Source: an uncultured Brevinematales bacterium
GTDB lineage: Bacteria; Spirochaetota; Brevinematia; Brevinematales; CAZQBT01
Assembly: GCA_964591955.1 (NCBI GenBank)
Contig: CAZQBT010000002.1
Coordinates: 7,669-71,668, forward strand
Direction: 5' to 3'
DNA: 64,000 nt
The translations under genes were made by a program, and so were the position numbers. This document shows, in pieces, positions 38,443-47,573 of this stretch. The notes under the pieces are model-generated. The model saw only the letters and a program-made list of their open reading frames with translations, ran no database searches and was not told where the DNA came from. The first letter of the stretch is position 1, and every line of letters starts with the position of its first letter.

Positions 38443-40689
38443 TTAATCTTCGGATTTTTCTTGTTTTTCTCGGGAATTATCGGAGGCAATAAATTTTCGA
38501 GCCTTAACCTCCGCATGGAAACATTCAACAATATCACCGACCTTGAAGTTTTCATAATTCTGGAAAAACATACCGCAATCAAAACCGCTTTGAACCTCGG
38601 AAACGTCATCTTGAAAACGCTTCAAAGCCTTTAGCTTGCCTTCCCATATTTGAGAACCCTCACGGTAAATACGGACATTTTCGGCTTTACGAATAAACCC
38701 TTCGGTTACCTGACAACCGGCTATTTTACCGACCCCCGTGATTTTGAAAACTTCTTTTATTTCGGCGGTTCCGATAATGTTTTCGCTTACTTCGGGAGCA
38801 ATCATCCCGTCAAGTATGGACGTTATATAATCAATGAGTTCGTAGATAATATTAAACCGCTTGATAGCGATACCTTCGGATTCAGCTCTTTCTTTAGCTA
38901 CGGAATCGACTCTTACGCGAAAAGCAAAAATGGCTACGGCAGAATCATCCTGCGTGTTGGATGCGGCAGAGCCGAGCATCACGTCGCTTTCGGTTATAGC
39001 GCCGACCCCCGAATGAATTAGCTGCACCTTAACTTCCGGATTTCGCAATTTGGAAAGAGACTGCTTGATAGCCTCAACAGACCCGTTCACATCGGCTTTG
39101 ACTATTACCTTGAGTTCCTTTAGGTTAGGCGATGCGAGTTTATCCATAGCGTTTTGCATCTGGATTTTCTTAATATTTTTATTTTCTTCCAATTTATTGA
39201 GATTTTTTCGTTTGGTTGAAATTTCGCGTGCAAACTCATCACTTTCAACGATATAAATTTTTTCTCCGGCATTAGGGAGTTCGTTGAAACCCATAATTTC
39301 TGCCGGGTCGGATGGCATAGCGGCTTTCAAAGAACGCCCTTTATCATCAAACATAGCGCGTATTTTTCCCATAGCAGCGCCGACTACAAAATGATCGCCG
39401 ACTTTCATCTGACCGTTACGCACAACGACGGTCGCCAATGCGCCTTTTCCTATATCCATCTTTGATTCGATTACATAACCCACACCGCGTTTTTTATAGT
39501 CCGCTTTAAGTTCCATAAGTTCAGCCTGAAGCAAAACCCCCTCAAGAAGCTCATCAATTCCCTGCTTTTTTAGGGCGGAAATTGCTAAATACATAGTATC
39601 GCCTCCCCATTCTTCGGGCATAAGCCCGTGTTCGGATAATTGCTGTTTAATCCTGTCGGGATTGGCTTCGGGCAAGTCCATTTTATTAATAGCGACTATT
39701 ATCGGAACTTTTGCCGCTTGTGCATGGTTAATAGCTTCAATAGTTTGAGGCATAGCCCCCTCCGTTGCGGCAACCACAAGTATTACAATATCTGTAACCT
39801 CTGCGCCTCTTGCTCTCATTGCGGTAAACGCCTCATGTCCGGGCGTATCTATAAAGGTTATTTCTCCTTTTGGGATTTTTACTTTATACGCGCCGATATG
39901 TTGTGTGATACCGCCGGATTCATGGTCTGCCACATCGGAATTGCGTATGGCATCAAGCAACTTGGTTTTACCATGGTCAACATGCCCCATAACCGTAACG
40001 ATGGGAGGACGGGTTTTAATGTTTTTAGGGTTGTCTTCTTCCTCTTTGATTTCCGCCTCTTCTTTGATATTTTTTACGTTGACTTTACAGTTAAATTCGC
40101 TACAAAGTATTTGAGCCGTATCCGCATCAATAGTATCGTTAATATTAGCCATAACGCCGAGTTCCATAAGTTTTTGGATAAGACTGCTGCTTTTTATATT
40201 CATTTTTTTAGCAAGTTCCGATACCGTTATAGCTTCCCCGATTTCTATTTCTTCAGGGATAACCGCCTCGCCTTTTTTAGAGCGGTTTTTTATCTTGGTT
40301 TGAACCTTTGATAAAAGGATTTCCTCTTGTCTTTTCTTTGCATCTTCTTTGCTGTAAACAACTCTTGATTTTCCGTGAGTCGTTTTTTTATTTCTTGTAG
40401 CATGCGGTTTATCCGCCGGCGCGGAAGATTCCGTAGAAGTGGTTGTTTTTTTTCTGTTTATAGAAGTAGAGGATAGAGGACGCTTCTTGTTGTCGGTAAA
40501 AGGTCTATCTTTTGATACGGTTCTATTGGTTTTAAAGGAAGGTTTATCCCTTTTCGGAGCTTCGGGTTTAGCAGTCTCCGTCCTTTTCTCTTTTAAATCT
40601 TGGGTAGTATCTTTGACAACAGGTTTGCCTTTAACTTTAAGTTTGATAATTTTTTTCTTCTTGCCGCCATCCTTGTTGTTTTCAGCCAT
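38443..40689 (-). CDS. infB: translation initiation factor IF-2
   Basis: 748-aa ORF with a basic, low-complexity N-region, a G domain (VTVMGHVDHGKTKLLD, DTPGHEAF, NKMD) and C-terminal IF2 domains. Confidence 0.96.
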   Translation of the reverse strand: MAENNKDGGKKKKIIKLKVKGKPVVKDTTQDLKEKRTETAKPEAPKRDKPSFKTNRTVSKDRPFTDNKKRPLSSTSINRKKTTTSTESSAPADKPHATRNKKTTHGKSRVVYSKEDAKKRQEEILLSKVQTKIKNRSKKGEAVIPEEIEIGEAITVSELAKKMNIKSSSLIQKLMELGVMANINDTIDADTAQILCSEFNCKVNVKNIKEEAEIKEEEDNPKNIKTRPPIVTVMGHVDHGKTKLLDAIRNSDVADHESGGITQHIGAYKVKIPKGEITFIDTPGHEAFTAMRARGAEVTDIVILVVAATEGAMPQTIEAINHAQAAKVPIIVAINKMDLPEANPDRIKQQLSEHGLMPEEWGGDTMYLAISALKKQGIDELLEGVLLQAELMELKADYKKRGVGYVIESKMDIGKGALATVVVRNGQMKVGDHFVVGAAMGKIRAMFDDKGRSLKAAMPSDPAEIMGFNELPNAGEKIYIVESDEFAREISTKRKNLNKLEENKNIKKIQMQNAMDKLASPNLKELKVIVKADVNGSVEAIKQSLSKLRNPEVKVQLIHSGVGAITESDVMLGSAASNTQDDSAVAIFAFRVRVDSVAKERAESEGIAIKRFNIIYELIDYITSILDGMIAPEVSENIIGTAEIKEVFKITGVGKIAGCQVTEGFIRKAENVRIYREGSQIWEGKLKALKRFQDDVSEVQSGFDCGMFFQNYENFKVGDIVECFHAEVKARKFIASDNSREKQEKSED

Positions 40690-40722
40690 ATAAAAAGCCT
40701 CCTTGTTAGCTTAAAAAAATAA

Positions 40723-42078
40723 TTACACTTCCTCTTCTTCGATTTCCACGTTGCTTTCAATAACTCTCCAAATTTGCACAGCCTCATCAAGCGAGATTTG
40801 GCATCTTGAAGCCAATTCCTCAATAGAAAACTCTACAATCTCTACAACGTCTTCAAACCCCGCCCGCTTTAAAACATCAAGCTGGTCGGATGAAAACGGC
40901 AGCATCGAAATAGGGATACTCTCCTCTTCTATAACCTCGACTTCCTCATCTGCGGAAATTCCGAGTATTTCGTCAACCTGACGCTGTTTCTCGGCGATAT
41001 CGATTTCATATTCGGAGTAGGGTTTAAATCTTATATGCCAGCCGGTTATCTTTTCGAGCATTTTCTGATGAGACCCGCCCTTTCCGATAAGCGGAGCAAG
41101 AAACTCATCGGGAACCACTGCTATAGCATCTTTTGTTTCGCTATTAAGCTCTATATTAAAAACTTCGGCTATACGGTTTTTAAGCACCCTGCTTGCCTTA
41201 ATTGCGTTGGAGATTAAAACGCGGGGGTCTTCGTTCCATCTGATAATTTCAATACGTTCGTTACCGCCTAATTCGCTGCGTATAGGTTTTATTCTTACGC
41301 CCTGCTTACCTACGGTAACGCTGATAGGGTCGATTGTATCGTTAAGCGAATCAAGAACCACTTTGCTGACCTCCCCGGGCTTACGCGCGATAGCACGGAT
41401 TATGAAAGTCCCGTCTGCGATTTCCGGAATATTCATACGGAGAAGCTCTTTCGTGAGATTTTCGGTTTTTCTCGAAAGTATTAGCTGGGATTCCCCTTTT
41501 TTGGAGATTTTTTTTACTTCTATGAGAAGAAACTTTACAATATCGTCGCTGTCGAAACGCTCATCGGGTATAGCTTCGCTATACGGGAGAAATGCCTCAA
41601 CCCCCTTGGGTTCAATAGACACGTAATATCCTCCGTATTTGTTATCGGTTTTTGATTTAACCTTACCGATAAATACCTGTCCGATTTTATTACAAAACTC
41701 ATTGTAAACAATATCCTTTTGTATTTCGGAAATACGCTGATTTAAAACCTGCTTTACGATTTGAGCAATCTGGCGGCTAAAATCTTTAACGTCAACCGGG
41801 ATTTTAACTTTGTCGCCGGGTTTTAATGATTGTTTGCGGGTGAAATTTTCTGCATTTTCCGCAGTAATCTGTGTAACTTCATCTTCAACCGTTTCAGCAA
41901 CTTCTTTAATTTGCCTCATAGTAATCTTTTTATCGATTTTTACTTCCACGTTATCATAGTTTTTGCCGAATTTCTTTTTATAGGCATTAACCATTGCTTC
42001 TTTGAGTATTTCAGTAGCGAGTTCATTAGAAATATTGTTTTCACGGGCAAAAGCCTCAACGAAAGCTCCTAACGCCAT
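40723..42078 (-). CDS. nusA: transcription termination/antitermination factor NusA
   Basis: 451-aa ORF with an NTD, an S1 domain (GQVFIGKVKS..), two KH domains (GKQGVRIK.., IGKGGSHQK) and one C-terminal HhH/acidic repeat. Confidence 0.95.
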   Translation of the reverse strand: MALGAFVEAFARENNISNELATEILKEAMVNAYKKKFGKNYDNVEVKIDKKITMRQIKEVAETVEDEVTQITAENAENFTRKQSLKPGDKVKIPVDVKDFSRQIAQIVKQVLNQRISEIQKDIVYNEFCNKIGQVFIGKVKSKTDNKYGGYYVSIEPKGVEAFLPYSEAIPDERFDSDDIVKFLLIEVKKISKKGESQLILSRKTENLTKELLRMNIPEIADGTFIIRAIARKPGEVSKVVLDSLNDTIDPISVTVGKQGVRIKPIRSELGGNERIEIIRWNEDPRVLISNAIKASRVLKNRIAEVFNIELNSETKDAIAVVPDEFLAPLIGKGGSHQKMLEKITGWHIRFKPYSEYEIDIAEKQRQVDEILGISADEEVEVIEEESIPISMLPFSSDQLDVLKRAGFEDVVEIVEFSIEELASRCQISLDEAVQIWRVIESNVEIEEEEV

Positions 42079-42096
42079 TTTTTATTTCCTCCAACC

Positions 42097-42570
42097 CTAT
42101 AAATATTTGTTAATATCGAAAAACAAGTTAGCTTTGGCAATATCGCTAAGCGCTATCTTAAGTCTTTCGTTATTGCATTTCAAAAAAACGGTTTCACCGT
42201 CAATACCCGATAACTCACCGATAATAACGTTGTCTTTAAGTTCGTATTTTTTCGGCTCATTCAGGATAACTTTGATTGTTTTCCCGCTGAAAATAGAAAA
42301 CTCTTTCGGAGTGCTTAACTTGTGGTCAACTCCGGGAGATTCAACAATCAGGTTATAAGATACGTCTATAATATCTTCTACATCAAGTCTTCGGGATAAA
42401 ACCTGAGAAACCTTCACGCAGTCATCGGTAGATACTTCCCTGCCTTTTACATATATAACCACCTTGAGGGTCTTTTTTTTCTTTCCCCCGTAATAGCGGC
42501 ACGTAACCGGAACATATCCGAGTGTGGAGACGGTATCTTCTACCAGTTCTGTAATCTTATTTTCAATCAT
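42097..42570 (-). CDS. rimP: ribosome maturation factor RimP
   Basis: 157-aa ORF directly upstream of nusA. The block VSTDDCVKVSQVLSRRLD..YNLIVESPGVDHKL is the RimP signature (..LEVSSPG..R.L). Confidence 0.9.
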   Translation of the reverse strand: MIENKITELVEDTVSTLGYVPVTCRYYGGKKKKTLKVVIYVKGREVSTDDCVKVSQVLSRRLDVEDIIDVSYNLIVESPGVDHKLSTPKEFSIFSGKTIKVILNEPKKYELKDNVIIGELSGIDGETVFLKCNNERLKIALSDIAKANLFFDINKYL

Positions 42571-42576
42571 TTTTCC

Positions 42577-42605
42577 AACAAAAAAGAGAGCCGTCAGGCT
42601 CTCTT
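42577..42605 (-). terminator. intrinsic-terminator-like hairpin in the rimP leader (candidate attenuator)
   Basis: The minus strand reads AAGAGAGCC-UGAC-GGCUCUCUU followed by UUUUGUU. The U-tract ends 6 nt before the rimP ATG (42570). Confidence 0.6.
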
Positions 42606-42628
42606 AATTAATTTTATTTTTATAAATA

Positions 42629-42657
42629 ATTATATAATATGTGAATGTAAATGTCAA
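42629..42657 (-). promoter_or_regulatory. exact consensus sigma70 promoter (TTGACA-17-TATAAT) upstream of rimP
   Basis: On the minus strand, TTGACA (42657-42652), a 17-nt spacer (TTTACATTCACATATTA) and TATAAT (42634-42629). Confidence 0.7.
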
Positions 42658-42706
42658 ATTTAGCGATAAAAAATCGAATTTATTAATATTAAAAAACGGG
42701 GACAGG

Positions 42707-42919
42707 CTACATTTTTTTCTGGTCGATATAACCTTCAAGCATAGCTTTACTTATACTGTCGGAAAGTTTTTCTATGGCGAACGCGATATAATTCGGGTCA
42801 TAGATTTTCTTTTTGAGTTGCTCCATCCTCTCCTTAGACATAGAACTGGAGTTGGTTTTAACAATAATTCTGTGGAAATTTCGTTTTTTCCTGAGTTTTT
42901 CCGTAAGAATGTCTCGCAT
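42707..42919 (-). CDS. hypothetical 70-aa protein
   Basis: GGAG lies 5 nt upstream of the ATG at 42919 and overlaps the yraN stop, which indicates translational coupling. It is helical and basic. The C-terminal EQLKKKIYDPNY..IEKLSDSI resembles the FlgM C-helix only faintly. Confidence 0.5.
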   Translation of the reverse strand: MRDILTEKLRKKRNFHRIIVKTNSSSMSKERMEQLKKKIYDPNYIAFAIEKLSDSISKAMLEGYIDQKKM

Positions 42920-42929
42920 TTTTACTCCA

Positions 42930-43295
42930 TCAGTAATAGTTCTTTAAGTGTTTGAGCTTCCGTTCTCCATCGCTTAGGATTATGAATACGGCATCTATCC
43001 TTGTTTCATCAAATACAATTTCAGTATTCTCTATATAATTTTCGGCAGTTTTTAGAATTCTATTAATCTTTTTGTCATTAATGATTTCCTCAAATTTTAT
43101 AAAATTTTCGTTATCTCTTGTCTTGACTTCAACAAAAACCAATGTGGAACGGTCTTTAAAAATTAAGTCAATCTCCCCGTAAGATGAGCTGTAATTTTTT
43201 TCGATAAATGTATATCCGAGATTTTCTAAGAATTGACGGGCAATATTTTCGCCTTTATCGCCTTTTTGCTTATTCCGCTTTGGCTTGTTCTTCAT
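42930..43295 (-). CDS. yraN: YraN family (UPF0102) endonuclease-like protein
   Basis: GDKGENIARQFLENLGYTFIEKNY..YGEIDLIF..LVFVEVKTR is the YraN/PD-(D/E)xK signature. Confidence 0.85.
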   Translation of the reverse strand: MKNKPKRNKQKGDKGENIARQFLENLGYTFIEKNYSSSYGEIDLIFKDRSTLVFVEVKTRDNENFIKFEEIINDKKINRILKTAENYIENTEIVFDETRIDAVFIILSDGERKLKHLKNYY

Positions 43296-44451
43296 TGGAT
43301 AAAGATGCGGACTTGACGGCTTTGATTATATAAAGGTCTTTTTCTTTGGAAAGACGGATAATCTCGCCGTCATCTACCTTGTCTCCGAACTCATCATACA
43401 CAATCTTTACCGTGGGACGGAACGGCGATACGGGGTCTGCCGAAATTACACGAGCTATCGCGTTGTTGTTAAGACGTATATGACTGCCGACCGGATAAAT
43501 CGACATCATATTAAGAAATACCTTGAGCAAATCCGGGTCGAATTTCTTTGAACCCTCTCCAAGCACCGTTTTCATCGCGTCATAAGATGCTTGACGGGGA
43601 CGGTAAACACGCTCTTTTGTCAAAGCCTCATAGGTATCTATAATTGATATAATCCTGCTCATTTCCGAAATGTCGATATTTTTTATCTTGCGGGGATAAC
43701 CTGTCCCATCCCATCTTTCGTGATGTTCCAAACCTACGCGGGCTATTTCTACCGGCATATTTAACTCACGGCTTATTATCTGGTAACTGTAAATAGGGTG
43801 GGTCTTGATTTTATTAAACTCCTCTGCGGTAAGTTTTTCTTCCTTTTCACTTATATACGCCGGGATTTTTACCATACCTATATCAAAAATCAATCCCGCC
43901 ATCGCAAGATTGGTAAGTTTAACTATTGAATACCCGATTTGTTGACCGAGAAGCACGGCGAGTATTGTTGTGTTTACCATATGATTGTATAGATATTCGC
44001 CTTTACCGGTAATATTAATCAGGTTAATAAAGGTATTGGGGTTTTTTTCTATCATAATGGCGTTTACAAGCGCAGAGGCAAGACGTTGAAGTTTATCGGT
44101 GTTGAAACTCATTCCGTCTTTGTAGCGGTTGTAAAGAAAGCCCAGATTTGTAACCGTATCCTTGTAAATTTCAAGGTGTTTTGCAGTATCCTTGTCAACA
44201 AGGATTTTTTTCTTCTCTTTGTCCTTATCCTTATCCTTATCTTTTTTGTATTCATCTGGAATTGGGGCATCCTCTATAAGCTCCCCGGCAGTTTCCACGT
44301 ATTCAACGTTTCTTAATTTAAGATTCTTGAGAGTGTAGGCATCAAGTTTCTTACCTGCTGCGAGAACGATATTCAGGTTTTTATCAAATAGCGACTTAGA
44401 GAATTTCATATCGGGTCTAAGCTGCTCTATAGGAATCTTTTTCATTCCCAT
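43270..44451 (-). CDS. HD-GYP domain c-di-GMP phosphodiesterase-like protein
   Basis: 393-aa ORF with HD block ..NHMVNTTILAV..FDIG.. and signature HHERWDGTGYP. The N-terminal domain is unrecognised and contains a KDKDKDKDKEKKK linker. Confidence 0.85.
   Translation of the reverse strand: MGMKKIPIEQLRPDMKFSKSLFDKNLNIVLAAGKKLDAYTLKNLKLRNVEYVETAGELIEDAPIPDEYKKDKDKDKDKEKKKILVDKDTAKHLEIYKDTVTNLGFLYNRYKDGMSFNTDKLQRLASALVNAIMIEKNPNTFINLINITGKGEYLYNHMVNTTILAVLLGQQIGYSIVKLTNLAMAGLIFDIGMVKIPAYISEKEEKLTAEEFNKIKTHPIYSYQIISRELNMPVEIARVGLEHHERWDGTGYPRKIKNIDISEMSRIISIIDTYEALTKERVYRPRQASYDAMKTVLGEGSKKFDPDLLKVFLNMMSIYPVGSHIRLNNNAIARVISADPVSPFRPTVKIVYDEFGDKVDDGEIIRLSKEKDLYIIKAVKSASLSNEEQAKAE
44223..44240 (-). 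repeat. hexanucleotide tandem repeat (CCTTAT x3 on + strand) encoding the KD repeat of the HD-GYP protein
   Basis: Direct reading of 44221-44242: gtCCTTATCCTTATCCTTATct. Confidence 0.8.
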
Positions 44452-44525
44452 AGTTTACTCCTTATTATCTTTATTTTACTTTTAATTTTAGCGTATAGTT
44501 AATATACAATTAAATTAAATAATAG

Positions 44526-44783
44526 TCAATTAGAAGCCTTTTTTAATGAAAAAACGAAGCTGAAAATTTCGGCAACTATTGTATAAAGCTCTACGGGGAT
44601 TTCATTGTTTTCCTTTAACTTTATAAGCGAATCTACCAATTTATCATTGCGATAAATCGGCACGTTACTCTTTTTTGCAAGTGAAACTATATATTCGCCC
44701 ATAGCGCCGGCACCTTTTGCCAATATAAAAGGCGCATCGTTTACTTCATTATCATATTTTAAGGCAACAGCTCTTTTATCCAT
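44526..44783 (-). CDS. FlhB C-terminal-domain-like protein (EscU/YscU/HrcU family, YlqH-type)
   Basis: 85 aa. AVALKYD..DAPFILAKGAG..LAKKSNVPIYRNDKLVDSL..EIPVELYTIVAEIF aligns with the post-NPTH fragment of FlhB. Confidence 0.85.
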   Translation of the reverse strand: MDKRAVALKYDNEVNDAPFILAKGAGAMGEYIVSLAKKSNVPIYRNDKLVDSLIKLKENNEIPVELYTIVAEIFSFVFSLKKASN

Positions 44784-44806
44784 AGTTTCCTCCTATCCGA
44801 CATAGC

Positions 44807-45814
44807 TTATGCAAATATATCCAATCCGCCGATATTTCCGGAAATTGTGGGAATTTCACCCGTCTTATAAAACGCGTATTCATCCTCCAATTCCTTAAAC
44901 CTTATCGTTATTCGTCTTTCGACGGATATTCCGTTGAGCTTATCTCTAAACCCCTGAAGATTTTTATTAATATCTTCGTTTATTTCTTTGTATAAATCCT
45001 TATTAATAAAAACGGTAATGGAATATTCGTAATCGCGTTTATCCGCGGTAACAAAAATTTTCCCCGTCTCCTTGCTTGATATATCAAAAAAATATCTTAT
45101 CCTGTCGTCGTTATTTATCTCTCTTGCCTGAACCAAAAACTCTTTTTCTTTATAAGCCATAAATTTTGCTTCATAGGGGGACTTAAAAATATTCCCGAAA
45201 AACCCGATAAGGTTTTCAAACAGCGTTTTTTCCTTATCATCGGCAAAATTTCCTGTTTCGCTAATTCCTCCGTCCTTTATCACGCTCTTTCTTGATTTTA
45301 GAAGCCTGCGAAACACCGACAGGAGGTTATACAAAAACTCTGCGAACAGGTTATCCAAAGCCACACCCGATTTCATAAGCGAAATCAACGTCGATGCAAA
45401 CTCAAAACCGTATTGCGATAAAGCCCTGCCGATTATAGCAATCAAAGACTTATCGAGTTTAATTCCCGCCTGATAAAGCATAGTCGCAATTTCAAGATTA
45501 TCGCGGTTAAAAATTATATTATTGTTCATAAAAAAAATCTTGATTGTTTCCATCAGTTTGTTTTTTGCAAACTCGCCGAACTCTTTGCTTCCTTTAAATG
45601 AACTTAAAACCCGTAACCTAATACCGTCATCGGTTTTTTCCACAAAGGCTAAAAAACTTGAAGGGGTTTCGGCTTCAAGTTTTGCCTCCGTTTTTATTCC
45701 GTTTATTTCAATCAGGGCGGAATTTCCGTCCTGTTTTATCACGTTTACGTTGACTATCTTTTCATAGTTTACACCGCTGAATTGGTTTAGATTGCCTCCC
45801 ACAAGGTAAATCAT
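44807..45814 (-). CDS. hypothetical protein, possibly FliK-like (context only)
   Basis: 335-aa ORF 23 nt upstream of the FlhB-CTD-like gene. I see no confident motif. The FliK-like idea rests on gene order seen with YlqH-type genes. Confidence 0.4.
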   Translation of the reverse strand: MIYLVGGNLNQFSGVNYEKIVNVNVIKQDGNSALIEINGIKTEAKLEAETPSSFLAFVEKTDDGIRLRVLSSFKGSKEFGEFAKNKLMETIKIFFMNNNIIFNRDNLEIATMLYQAGIKLDKSLIAIIGRALSQYGFEFASTLISLMKSGVALDNLFAEFLYNLLSVFRRLLKSRKSVIKDGGISETGNFADDKEKTLFENLIGFFGNIFKSPYEAKFMAYKEKEFLVQAREINNDDRIRYFFDISSKETGKIFVTADKRDYEYSITVFINKDLYKEINEDINKNLQGFRDKLNGISVERRITIRFKELEDEYAFYKTGEIPTISGNIGGLDIFA

Positions 45815-45967
45815 TTCGGTTTTGCCTTTTAAATCTTTTTATGTTATTTTATCTTATCGGCATAAATCTTAAATTTGGTAGAAAAATTCGGGGTTTTTTG
45901 CTTTTTATGCAGTATTGCATCTTTTTATATATTTGACGAGTCATCTATTTGAAAATCGGAGAACGCT

Positions 45968-46474
45968 ATGAATAATACTGGTTTTGAACGGTTTTTTAAG
46001 GAAAACCAAAGTCTCGTTATGAGGATAGTTATGGGCTATGTCCGTTCTAAGGACAAAGCGGAGGATATAACGATAGAGGCGTTTTTGAAAATCTATTCCA
46101 AGTGGGATTTCATTGTGGAAGTGGAAAATAAAACGGGCTATCTTGTCAGGACCGCGATTAATACGGCGAAAACTTTTCTTGCCCGTGATAAATTTTCGGG
46201 GATTTTCAATATACACGATATGGAAATTAAATCCGATACGAAAACCCCGGAGGATTTTTGTATCCTTAACGAGGAGAACGGGATTATTGAAAAAGAACTC
46301 AAGGCGCTCAAGGAAATAGAGCGCAATATCATCCTTTTAAAGGACGTTGAAAGGATGAAATTTGATGAGATAGCGGCGATACTTTCAAAAAAAACGCCTA
46401 CAATAAAATCCGTTTATCGTCGCGCAAAAATTAAATTATCGGACAGGCTGGAGGATAATTATGAAAACCTGTGA
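45968..46474 (+). CDS. ECF-type RNA polymerase sigma-70 family factor
   Basis: Region 2 (..VMGYVRSKDKAEDITIEAFLKIYSKW) and region 4 HTH (ERMKFDEIAAILSKKTPTIKSVYRRAKIKL). Confidence 0.85.
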   Translation: MNNTGFERFFKENQSLVMRIVMGYVRSKDKAEDITIEAFLKIYSKWDFIVEVENKTGYLVRTAINTAKTFLARDKFSGIFNIHDMEIKSDTKTPEDFCILNEENGIIEKELKALKEIERNIILLKDVERMKFDEIAAILSKKTPTIKSVYRRAKIKLSDRLEDNYENL

Positions 46475-46895
46475 TAAAATCAGAGATTTGATAGATAATT
46501 CGGATTATAACGGGATTATTGATGTCGGAAATGAATATGCAATCCATATTGAGCAATGTAGCGGGTGTCGCAAATATCTGCAAACCTCGCTTAAATTACA
46601 AAACATAACCCCGATTACGGAATCAACCCCCGAACTTTGGGAGCGTTTTTTAGAAGCAAAGGAAACCCCGGTCAGGCATTCAAGGATGCTTCCTGCGCTT
46701 GCCGGTGCCTTTGCGGGACTTCTTATAGTATTTGCTTTGGTTTTCAACCCCGTTTTACGCAGGGATAATATCACGCAAGACTTATCCTATAATCAGGATA
46801 TAAGCGAGGAGATACTTGCCGAATACGAGGATTTCTTAGCTCGGGAGCCTGAAACACCGCTTGAATTTTACTATTTGCTGGCAATAGATATGTAA
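46461..46895 (+). CDS. anti-sigma factor (zf-HC2 N-domain, single TM)
   Basis: It overlaps the sigma gene by 14 nt. It has the H-x3-C-x2-C motif (HIEQCSGC) and the TM helix LPALAGAFAGLLIVFALVF. Confidence 0.75.
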   Translation: MKTCDKIRDLIDNSDYNGIIDVGNEYAIHIEQCSGCRKYLQTSLKLQNITPITESTPELWERFLEAKETPVRHSRMLPALAGAFAGLLIVFALVFNPVLRRDNITQDLSYNQDISEEILAEYEDFLAREPETPLEFYYLLAIDM

Positions 46896-46919
46896 AAAAA
46901 CAAAATGAGGAGTTTAATT

Positions 46920-47549
46920 ATGAAGAGATTAATTTTAAGTATTTGCGCCGTTGCGATGATTGCAAGCGCGGGATTTGCCCGCGAGGGGCGCGGCAGGCCG
47001 GAAGATATGGAAACGCGCAGACCCCATGACCGTGGAGATATGATGTCGAATCGCGGCGGGATGGAAAATATGCCTATGCATGACAGGCAGATGCGAATGC
47101 TGGTTCGTCTTGCAGGCGCTGAGGAAATTACAATAAAATATCAGGCTGAGATGAAGAAGATATTTCTTGATGCAAAACGTGAGACTGTTGACCTTGTTGC
47201 AAAGCGGGGTGAACTTATGATACAGCTTAGAAAATACGCCGAAGCGCACAATGCGGGGAATGATGTTTCCGCGAGAGACGTTGCGAAGACATTGCGCGAA
47301 CTTTCCGATATTGAGAACAAGATTGAGGAAAATAGAAAAAAGGCTATGGACCAAATCGCAAGACTTAATCAGCGTCGTGAACGTGAGCTTAATAATGCCG
47401 TAAACAACTGGATTAGACAGATTGAACGGGACCCCGAAGAGTTTAATCGGTTGATGAATACTATCAAAGAAGAACCTGCTAACAGGCGTTCAAGGATGAG
47501 AAAGCCCGGTGATTCGGAAAAGACAAAACCGAATAAACCGGAAAAATAG
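46920..47549 (+). CDS. periplasmic coiled-coil protein, Spy/CpxP/ZraP-like, with Met/His-rich N-region
   Basis: ATG at 46920 (AGGAG 7 nt upstream) with signal peptide MKRLILSICAVAMIASAGFA. A Met/His-rich region (DRGDMMSNRGGMENMPMHDRQMRM) is followed by long charged helices. Confidence 0.55.
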   Translation: MKRLILSICAVAMIASAGFAREGRGRPEDMETRRPHDRGDMMSNRGGMENMPMHDRQMRMLVRLAGAEEITIKYQAEMKKIFLDAKRETVDLVAKRGELMIQLRKYAEAHNAGNDVSARDVAKTLRELSDIENKIEENRKKAMDQIARLNQRRERELNNAVNNWIRQIERDPEEFNRLMNTIKEEPANRRSRMRKPGDSEKTKPNKPEK

Positions 47550-47573
47550 TTCGTTCCAACCCCCAATAAACAG

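Noticed and set aside
42641-42955. 104-aa + strand ORF between rimP and yraN
   Set aside because: It is antisense to the 70-aa minus-strand ORF. That ORF has a GGAG RBS coupled to the yraN stop and fits the operon direction. The + ORF would also start inside the consensus minus-strand promoter.
45854-45861. Perfect sigma-28 -10 octamer GCCGATAA (minus strand) 40 nt upstream of the FliK-like/FlhB-like operon
   Set aside because: No TAAA -35 element lies at 14-16 nt spacing. The same octamer occurs at least four more times inside CDSs or terminators on the + strand (near 3688, 30033, 34768 and 58024), so a single hit is expected by chance. Not called.
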